Shown here in pieces: positions 31,017 to 37,263 of a DNA stretch of 64,000 nucleotides (position 1 is the stretch's first letter; the number at the start of each line of letters is the position of its first letter). The notes beneath the pieces are model-generated. The model worked only from the letters and a program-made list of their open reading frames with translations, was not told the origin of the DNA and made no database searches. Location of the stretch: assembly GCA_039889305.1 (NCBI GenBank), contig JAVVFV010000005.1, positions 21,358 to 85,357 of the forward strand, read 5' to 3'. The position numbers and the translations under genes are program-made. This stretch comes from Candidatus Zestomicrobium tamdykulense. GTDB lineage: Archaea; Thermoproteota; Thermoprotei_A; Sulfolobales; NBVN01.

Positions 31017-31959
31017 CCTCTACACCAGCCTTTGTTATCATGAATTCCGTTGCGGCTCGTGGGAGGTAGCTGCTGGCTATGAGTGTTGCAACTCTCCTTG
31101 TTCCGGGTCCTATGGTTAGGTAGACGCGGTTTCCAATCATGTGGCTTACAACGTGTCCTCCAACAGGCGGGTTTAGAACCTCCGGCCTAACGTCATAGAC
31201 GTATCCAACGGGCGAGGCTAGAACCTGCTCGGTGGTTATGACTGCTATTCTGTAAACGCGTGCGTAGTTGAGGAGAAGCCTCAAACACCTGTTTATCAGC
31301 TGTTGTCGGGGGGCTAGAAGCTCCCTTCCAGGATATTCGGCTCTGAAGGGCGATACGAGGCTGTCAACGATGATTAGGCGGATGTTCCTTTCCCTTATGG
31401 GCTTGTGGGCGTTTTCAAGCAGGAATATCAAGTGCTCGCTGCTGTAGACTTTTGCATAATTCACCAGGGGGCATGTTTCTTCAGGGTTTAGGCCTCGAGC
31501 CTCAGCCATTTCATAGAGGCGTTTTGAGGAGAAGCTTCCCTCAGTGTCAAAGTATAATACGTTTCCGCCTAATCCGCCCTGCTCTGGCTTAAGCTGGGCT
31601 GTAACGCAGAGCATTAGGCAAAGCTGGGTTTTTCCAGAACCATACTGCCCCACAAGCTCTGTTATGGCCTGGGTTTCTATGCCTCCGCCTAAAAGATTGT
31701 CAAGGGCCTTGCTTCCAGTTGTGCACCTCAGCCTTCTTTTTGTCATTTCCCAGTGTTCGTAGGCTGTTATGAAACTGCAGCCTAAAGCCTGCCTTGCAGC
31801 CTCCACTATCCGTTGGGCAGCCTCAAGCTTTTCATAACCAGCCTTCTCCTTAACCTCCCTAGCTGGGGTGACAGCCAAAGTTTCAACGTTTGCAAAGCCG
31901 GCGTCCCTAAGCCTTTTGGCTATGGATTTGCCCACGCCAGGAATCTGCTCTAACTCCAT
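31003..31959 (-). CDS. radA: Full-length RadA-like recombinase (HhH N-domain + RecA core)
   Basis: LEQIPGVGKSIAKRLRDAGF (HhH), TTGSKALDNLLGGGIETQAITELVGQYGSGKTQL (Walker A), LIIVDS (Walker B), PVGGHVV. The ATG at 31959 lies 2 nt after the upstream stop. Confidence 0.85.
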   Translation of the reverse strand: MELEQIPGVGKSIAKRLRDAGFANVETLAVTPAREVKEKAGYEKLEAAQRIVEAARQALGCSFITAYEHWEMTKRRLRCTTGSKALDNLLGGGIETQAITELVGQYGSGKTQLCLMLCVTAQLKPEQGGLGGNVLYFDTEGSFSSKRLYEMAEARGLNPEETCPLVNYAKVYSSEHLIFLLENAHKPIRERNIRLIIVDSLVSPFRAEYPGRELLAPRQQLINRCLRLLLNYARVYRIAVITTEQVLASPVGYVYDVRPEVLNPPVGGHVVSHMIGNRVYLTIGPGTRRVATLIASSYLPRAATEFMITKAGVEDVPE

Positions 31960-31961
31960 CT

Positions 31962-32135
31962 CTAACCCTCCTTTGAGTGCGTGTGTTGGCCCCATTCAAT
32001 GTTGGTTTCTGCTATTTTGCTCCAGCAACGCCTGCAAATCGGAAGCCTATCACCCTTATAGACTATGAACACTTCTATGTCGGTGTTTCTGCATTTACCA
32101 TTCCATGGATTCCTACAACGCTCAATCCTAGACAT
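31962..32135 (-). CDS. Small Cys-rich zinc-finger-like protein (57 aa)
   Basis: MSRIERCRNPWNGKCRN...LPICRRCW. Only the C-terminal part of the 145-aa track ORF looks protein-like. Confidence 0.4.
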   Translation of the reverse strand: MSRIERCRNPWNGKCRNTDIEVFIVYKGDRLPICRRCWSKIAETNIEWGQHTHSKEG

Positions 32136-32382
32136 GTGTTCCACATCTCCTTGCTGTTTTCCAGCCGTTACCATGCAAACCAGCTTTGGCAAACTCTCTA
32201 ACAATTTCAATCTGATGATTTTGTAGAAACTCCTCAAGAGCTTCTTTCTGGCTTTGCCAATCATACTCATGGCTTGTAAATTTGCCCCAATAATGCGGAT
32301 GCCTATGCAGAAGCTGCAGGAGTAGTTTACGCTGGAGAACCGATAAGCCCTCAAGCTCCAAGCCCAAAGCTTCGGAGAGCAT
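32128..32382 (-). CDS. Small helical protein (84 aa), first gene of the RadA/ParB operon
   Basis: Protein-like composition (LSVLQRKLLLQLLHRHPHYWGKF..). Its stop overlaps the next start by 8 nt. Confidence 0.45.
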   Translation of the reverse strand: MLSEALGLELEGLSVLQRKLLLQLLHRHPHYWGKFTSHEYDWQSQKEALEEFLQNHQIEIVREFAKAGLHGNGWKTARRCGTHV

Positions 32383-32539
32383 AGGCGCTCAGCCTCCAAC
32401 CCAAAATTAGCGGTTTATGAAAGACGCTATAAAAAGGCAACGGCGAATCGACCTTTTTGAACAGTGGAGAGAGATAAGTTAAAGTGAAGTTTTGCACCTT
32501 ATTAATGCTGTATATTTAACCCTAAGGAGAAGCCGGAAA

Positions 32540-33205
32540 TTGAGTACACTTAAAAGGCAGGAAAGGAAAGCTGTGGTGACAGGAATCTCTGCAGCTGATG
32601 CAATAGACAGATATAGATATCGCCTTTCAAAGGAGTTGGGCTCAACAAAAGTTGAAGATAAAGGGCAATATGTACTTATGCATGAAAGGGTTCGTCTTCA
32701 AAACAAAGACTTTATGGACATTGTAGTTTATACAACAGACCGCATATACATATCTGCTTCTCCTTATGTGTCTGTGGAAAAATTTAACGAAGTAGCCACC
32801 AAAATTGTTCGTATAGCACAGGAAAGCGTGAAAATATTGGAGGAACTTCGTCCTATAACATTGTCAAGGGCTAAGAACATTTTGGAGTTCACTCTAAGAT
32901 TGAATGTTGAAGATGAATTTCAAAGAATGGTGGTAGTTATATTGGCTGACACAATAAATGAAATAGTTCTTAGGGAGGAAATGAAGGCAGCGGGGATTGA
33001 AGGGCCTCCTTTAGACGAGGGCATCCCTGAGAAAATAAAAAGGCTTAAAGATAAAGGAAAATTCATTCCTGAAGAAGAAGGAGTGAAAAATATTAGGGAG
33101 TTAAGAAATGGCATAGTCCACCGCGGAGACATCCCTGATAAAACTGAAGCTGCTAAGGCTCTAGAAATCACAAAAGCCGTGCTTAAGTGGTGCTTGAAAG
33201 AATGA
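32540..33205 (+). CDS. Protein with C-terminal HEPN-like Rx4H motif
   Basis: IRELRNGIVHRG sits in a helical C-terminal region. I prefer the TTG at 32540, preceded by AGGAG and a TATATTTAA box, but the track start at 32492 is possible. Confidence 0.55.
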   Translation: MSTLKRQERKAVVTGISAADAIDRYRYRLSKELGSTKVEDKGQYVLMHERVRLQNKDFMDIVVYTTDRIYISASPYVSVEKFNEVATKIVRIAQESVKILEELRPITLSRAKNILEFTLRLNVEDEFQRMVVVILADTINEIVLREEMKAAGIEGPPLDEGIPEKIKRLKDKGKFIPEEEGVKNIRELRNGIVHRGDIPDKTEAAKALEITKAVLKWCLKE

Positions 33206-33849
33206 CTGTGGAAAAAGTAAGCAAATATGAGGTAATAGTTGGTTCAGACGAGGCTGGAAAGGGCGAATGGCTAGGTCCATTGACGGTCGCAGCAGTAGCA
33301 CTTACGCCAGAGCAGAGCTCATATTTGGTTACACAAGGTGTGATGGATAGTAAGGAATTAAAAATTGATAGAATCATGGAGTTGTCTGGCATAATCAGGA
33401 AGGAATGTTTAAGCTATCATGTCATTGCCATAACCCCGAGAAAGTTTAACATGCTATTGAGGGAAGTGAAGAAGGAGGGAAAAAGTTTAAATGATATATT
33501 GGCTTGGGGACATGCTAAAGCAATATATGAAGTTTACCGGGAGCTGCAAAACAAGAAAATTTTGGGGAGAGTAAAGCTGGTGATTGATGAGTTTGACAAA
33601 TTAAAAACTGAGGAACGCTTAGGCAGGGTTCTTAAGTTAGCAAATTTTGACATAGAACAAAGACCACACGCAGAGGAGGAAACAGCAGTTGCAGCTGCAA
33701 GTATACTTGCTCGTGCAACAAGAGAATTTTGGATTGACGATGCTTCCAAGCGTTTACATTTAGATTTAAGAAAGCTTTCGGCGTCTGAAGCGTTAACCCT
33801 TAGGGATGCGGAATATTTTGCCAAAATAAGTTTTCTACATCCTATATGA
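33202..33849 (+). CDS. Type 2 RNase H-like protein, closest by eye to the RNase HIII catalytic domain (no N-terminal TBP-like domain)
   Basis: GSDEAGKGEWLGPLTVAAV, MDSKELK, ITPRKFN..LNDILAWGHAKAI, LVIDEFD, HAEEETAVAAASILARATREF. There is an ATGA start/stop overlap with the upstream gene. Confidence 0.7.
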   Translation: MTVEKVSKYEVIVGSDEAGKGEWLGPLTVAAVALTPEQSSYLVTQGVMDSKELKIDRIMELSGIIRKECLSYHVIAITPRKFNMLLREVKKEGKSLNDILAWGHAKAIYEVYRELQNKKILGRVKLVIDEFDKLKTEERLGRVLKLANFDIEQRPHAEEETAVAAASILARATREFWIDDASKRLHLDLRKLSASEALTLRDAEYFAKISFLHPI

Positions 33850-33882
33850 ATACCTATGTTCGAATAGGATTTTTCCTATCCA

Positions 33883-33899
33883 AGCTGAGCTACGGGCCC
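33883..33899. repeat. attR core: second copy of AGCTGAGCTACGGGCCC (orphan 5' fragment of tRNA-Arg)
   Basis: Identical to 22223-22239. Confidence 0.8.
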
Positions 33900-33921
33900 C
33901 TACATGTGATATGCTTAGCAG

Positions 33922-33928
33922 TTATAAA
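33922..33928 (-). promoter_or_regulatory. Putative original tRNA-Arg TATA box, stranded outside attR
   Basis: The minus strand reads TTTATAA, 23-29 nt upstream of the orphan tRNA 5' fragment. Confidence 0.4.
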
Positions 33929-33986
33929 TGCTTTTCTATGCGATAATTCATTACTGCGTTAGCTGATCATTAACAACGCGAATTCT

Positions 33987-34259
33987 CTAGTAAACATCTA
34001 TACGTGCATTCCTCAACTCAAAATACTTCACCAGAACACCAACCTCGTTCTCACCTAAGAACCTACTAAGCACTATCTTAATCACTAAACCATCACCATA
34101 AATTCCTGGACTACCCTCAAAGAAATACACTAAATCACTACCCTTCCTATGAATCAAATCATTAATATCCTTAATTACCCTCTCAGCAACCCACTGAGTA
34201 GGAATCCCAGCGATCACGATCTCCCCCTTCCCCCTAAAAATCTGTACTGACATCCTCAT
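33987..34259 (-). CDS. Hypothetical protein (90 aa)
   Basis: The ORF has normal composition. I recognise no motif. Confidence 0.45.
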   Translation of the reverse strand: MRMSVQIFRGKGEIVIAGIPTQWVAERVIKDINDLIHRKGSDLVYFFEGSPGIYGDGLVIKIVLSRFLGENEVGVLVKYFELRNARIDVY

Positions 34260-34307
34260 TAACTATCAACCACTCACTAAACAAATCCAAAATTAATAAA
34301 AGAAACA

Positions 34308-34363
34308 CAGACCCCCCCACCCCTCTGTTTCCACTGGAAAACTAACTAATATAAAGAAATAAA
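34308..34363. repeat. Left arm of the 56-bp perfect inverted repeat (ORB-like, G-string distal to spacer)
   Basis: CAGACCCCCCCACCCCTCTGTTTCCACTGGAAAACTAACTAATATAAAGAAATAAA. Confidence 0.9.
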
Positions 34364-34494
34364 ACTTAATTTCTAAAATTCTATATAAATAGAAAATGAT
34401 ACAAAATTAACATTAAATTTAAGCTCTCATTTATGCATATTTATAGAAAGTTTTGTATAATGATCTATATATAGAGATTATAATTTTAGCAAAA

Positions 34495-34550
34495 TTTATT
34501 TCTTTATATTAGTTAGTTTTCCAGTGGAAACAGAGGGGTGGGGGGGTCTG
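34495..34550. repeat. Right arm of the 56-bp perfect inverted repeat
   Basis: Exact reverse complement of 34308-34363, checked base by base. Confidence 0.9.
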
Positions 34551-34554
34551 GTTG

Positions 34555-34830
34555 TTATGGTGGTTGTGGGTTTAAGTATTTTTGTTTGAATGCTTTTTCT
34601 AGGTCTATTGAGAGTAGGTTGGCTAGTGATGCTAACCATGCTAGGACGTCTGCTATTTCGTCTTCTTGTGCTTTTTTGTTTTTGTTTAGTATTGATTCTG
34701 CTAGTTCACCTATTTCTTCTATGAGCCACGTGAATGTTGCGTATACCCCTCTTTCACGATCTCTCTGTAGGTAGTACTTACTCATTAATTCCTGTACTTC
34801 TCTTAAGGTTATTTCTTGGTGCATTTTCAT
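34555..34830 (-). CDS. Small MazG-like nucleotide pyrophosphohydrolase
   Basis: FTWLIEEIGELAESI...EDEIADVLAWLASLANLLSIDLEKAF, the typical MazG four-helix motif, in 91 aa. Confidence 0.75.
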   Translation of the reverse strand: MKMHQEITLREVQELMSKYYLQRDRERGVYATFTWLIEEIGELAESILNKNKKAQEDEIADVLAWLASLANLLSIDLEKAFKQKYLNPQPP

Positions 34831-34882
34831 TCACTTTCATGAGTTTTTTGCTTAAAGGTTTATTATTTAGTTTAGTATTCTT

Positions 34883-35074
34883 ATGTTGGTGTTGGTGGTG
34901 TCGAGTAAGAAAAAGAAGAAGACTTCAATAATGTCTGGTGCTGGGTTGGTCAGGTTCTTTGAGGAGGTTGAGGCTAAAGTGAATATTTCTCCTTACCAGT
35001 TAATCTTTATTGCTATATTCTTTGCTGTAGCTGTTTTAGTGCTTGGTTACTTAGCACCAGTCCTGGTTCCTTAA
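34883..35074 (+). CDS. secG: Preprotein translocase subunit Sec61-beta (archaeal SecG)
   Basis: Basic N-terminus, SGAGLVRFFEE motif and a single C-terminal TM. The true start is probably one of the downstream GTG/ATG codons. Confidence 0.72.
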   Translation: MLVLVVSSKKKKKTSIMSGAGLVRFFEEVEAKVNISPYQLIFIAIFFAVAVLVLGYLAPVLVP

Positions 35075-35214
35075 GAGCTTACGGATTCGATGTTTAGTTG
35101 TTTTAGAGTGGGAAAAAGTGGGATGGAAAGGAAACAGTGGGGTTACGCAAGACTGCCTCACCAGAAATACTATAAAACTTCTCGCCTATATTATTATGAA
35201 CTACGTGATGATGA

Positions 35215-35970
35215 ATGAGTAATACCTTCGAAGAAGTCTCAAGTCTTGGTAAGAGGGTTTCCTACGGCAGAGTCAGTATAGGGAGTAATTATCTGGAATT
35301 CGAGAATATCAAGATAATACTGCAAGAACATAGTGGCTTGCTTAAGTACTTACGTGAGGGGAAATCTCGCACAGAGAAATACGTAGCGTACTCGCCGGAC
35401 ACACACCTACTAATAAACCCTGTAGAACCGACCAACCTTCCCAAACCCTTAACCGACTTTATCTTGCTAGAGTTTACTGAACCAATTATCATAGCACCAT
35501 CATCAACAGTAATAATGTACTCGACATTCCCTATCGAGATAGGGGTTTTCGTAGTCAATAAAAAGAACGCAGAACTCTTAGATGTCTTTAGCTTAGTTAA
35601 TCAGAAGTACACACTGTATGGAACACCGAGAAGTGGTGTTGTGTGTAGGTACTGGCGAACCAGAATCTCCACAGAATTACCTGAAGTAGATTTGTTGAGG
35701 GAAGGGATCATGAAGCTCAAGATATCTAATAATTCTGAGTATTGGGTAACCGTAAGTAACCTAGTCCTAAACGTGAATAACATGACCATATACTACGACG
35801 ATAAGCACGTCTCAACATCAGCTCAAGCACTCATCTACTCACAAACGTTTGCTGAGACTTTCTTCGTGGATGAACCCTTAAGAGAAAGGATGAGTAAGTC
35901 CTTAACTACGAGAGCACAAAAACGCTTACCCGTAATTAAGGAGAAGTTTGTTATGGAGTGGGGGCTCTGA
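35215..35970 (+). CDS. Conserved hypothetical protein
   Basis: A 251-aa ORF with normal composition. I cannot assign a family confidently. Confidence 0.55.
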   Translation: MSNTFEEVSSLGKRVSYGRVSIGSNYLEFENIKIILQEHSGLLKYLREGKSRTEKYVAYSPDTHLLINPVEPTNLPKPLTDFILLEFTEPIIIAPSSTVIMYSTFPIEIGVFVVNKKNAELLDVFSLVNQKYTLYGTPRSGVVCRYWRTRISTELPEVDLLREGIMKLKISNNSEYWVTVSNLVLNVNNMTIYYDDKHVSTSAQALIYSQTFAETFFVDEPLRERMSKSLTTRAQKRLPVIKEKFVMEWGL

Positions 35971-36806
35971 TGAGCTTCATAGACACTATTATTTACGGGG
36001 AAGTAACCCTACGCAGTATCTTGGTATTCTTAATCTTAATGTCTGTTACTGTCGTTATAGCTAAGTTAATTACGTTAACTCTTAAGAGAGTACTCATAGA
36101 TAAGTTAAAGAAGAACTTACTTGACGTGATCTTGAAGATCGTCTACTACACCATAATAATTGCTGTCTTCATAGGCTTAACACCACTACTAGGTATCAAC
36201 TTATCTGGACTTCTCTTAGCAGGAGGTATTACCGGAATAATAATAGGGTTTGCCCTCCAGAACATAGTAGCTAATCTAGTCTCAGGTATTTTCCTAGCTA
36301 TAGAGAGACCCGTGAGAATAGGTGACGGCATCTCAGTAGGTAGTGTAGTAGGAGTGGTTGAAGACATGAATATCTTCTCCATCATAATAAGAACCTACGA
36401 CGGATTCTTCGTCAGAGTACCTAACTCAACAGTCTTCACATCAAACATAACTAACTATACTGCACACGTTGCTAGGAGGTTTGAGTACGTCGTAGGCATA
36501 AGCTACAGTGATGACGCACAGAAAGCAATAGAAGTAATCAAGAAAGTAATTGAGGAGCACCCACTAGCACTCAAGAAACCAGAACCACAAGTCTTCGTTG
36601 ATAACTTAGGCGAGAGCTCAGTCAACATAGTGATTCGTGTGTGGGCCCCATCACAAGAATGGTACTCAGTAAAAATGGACTTACTATGGGAAATAAAAAG
36701 AAAGCTTGAGGAAAACGGCATAAGCATACCGTTCCCGCAAAGAGTAATCTGGTTCGCTAATAACTTACGACTAAAGAACCAAGACACTAATGAGACTCTT
36801 AAGTAG
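35958..36806 (+). CDS. Small-conductance mechanosensitive channel (MscS family)
   Basis: Three N-terminal TMs, then GFALQNIVANLVSGIFLAIERPVRIGD..V.G.VEDM....T.IRT.DG, the core MscS signature. Confidence 0.85.
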   Translation: MGALMSFIDTIIYGEVTLRSILVFLILMSVTVVIAKLITLTLKRVLIDKLKKNLLDVILKIVYYTIIIAVFIGLTPLLGINLSGLLLAGGITGIIIGFALQNIVANLVSGIFLAIERPVRIGDGISVGSVVGVVEDMNIFSIIIRTYDGFFVRVPNSTVFTSNITNYTAHVARRFEYVVGISYSDDAQKAIEVIKKVIEEHPLALKKPEPQVFVDNLGESSVNIVIRVWAPSQEWYSVKMDLLWEIKRKLEENGISIPFPQRVIWFANNLRLKNQDTNETLK

Positions 36807-37138
36807 TGGGTGAGTACTTGATATACCAGACTACCAGAGAAAAAATAATGAAGTTATTAATTAATACAGAAACACCCTTAACTGCTGAGGAAATAATAAG
36901 TGTGTTAGGTCTTAAAGCAACTCCTAAGGAGGTATACGAGCACTTGGAACACATAGCAAAAAGTGTTAGGAGAATCTACAATAATACGCGTATCTTAGTT
37001 ATGGTACCACCTGCATGCAGGTCTTGCGGTTACGTGTTTAAAGACCTTGAGAAACCTAAAAAACCTAGTAAGTGTCCGAAATGCGGGTCTGAGAAAATAA
37101 AACCACCAGCATTCAAGATAGTGAGGATTCAGGATTAA
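36806..37138 (+). CDS. HTH domain fused to C-terminal zinc ribbon (COG3357-like regulator)
   Basis: wHTH-like N-terminus, with CRSCG...CPKCG at the C-terminus. Confidence 0.65.
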   Translation: MGEYLIYQTTREKIMKLLINTETPLTAEEIISVLGLKATPKEVYEHLEHIAKSVRRIYNNTRILVMVPPACRSCGYVFKDLEKPKKPSKCPKCGSEKIKPPAFKIVRIQD

Positions 37139-37263
37139 ACAAGATCTCAAGAAACTAATTAAGCTGCAGTAAGAAATATAACTCTGAAGTTAGGTATCGT
37201 GAAATACTTCAAGTATCTATTTATGAGGGTCTTCACGTAGTTTTCTATGGGGTTGAGTATTAA

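Larger units (their letters stand above)
22240..33882. mobile_element. Integrated element (about 11.6 kb) in the 5' end of tRNA-Arg(UCU)
   Basis: Flanked by a 17-bp direct repeat, with an integrase immediately inside attL. By eye it is richer in G+C, and its codon usage differs from the flanks. The cargo consists of accessory-type genes. Confidence 0.8.
34308..34550. other. Putative chromosomal replication origin: two inverted ORB-like elements flanking an AT-rich unwinding region
   Basis: A perfect 56-bp inverted repeat with a 131-bp spacer that is very AT-rich by eye. Each arm contains TTCCAGTGGAAACAGAGGGGTGGGGGGG, which matches the crenarchaeal Orc1 origin recognition box (dyad TCCA-N-TGGA, GGAAAC, G-string). 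Confidence 0.65.

Noticed and set aside
31962-32399. A 145-aa ORF read as a single gene.
   Set aside because: Its N-terminal 88 aa overlap, in another frame, a better-looking 84-aa ORF (32128-32382) and have odd composition. Only the C-terminal 57 aa from the ATG at 32135 (Cys-rich) were kept.
34308-34550. The 243-bp inverted-repeat unit interpreted as a MITE or transposon remnant.
   Set aside because: I see no target-site duplication at the flanks, and I noticed no other copy of the arms elsewhere in the window. The arms contain a near-consensus Orc1 ORB box in the orientation seen at origins. This reading cannot be fully excluded without the whole genome, so it is kept as the refutation test for the origin call.
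34538-34931. Plus-strand ORFs of 78 and 65 aa next to the origin repeat.
   Set aside because: They are antisense or overlapping to the MazG-like gene, which has a clear family signature. The second merely precedes secG in a Cys/Trp-rich nonsense frame.
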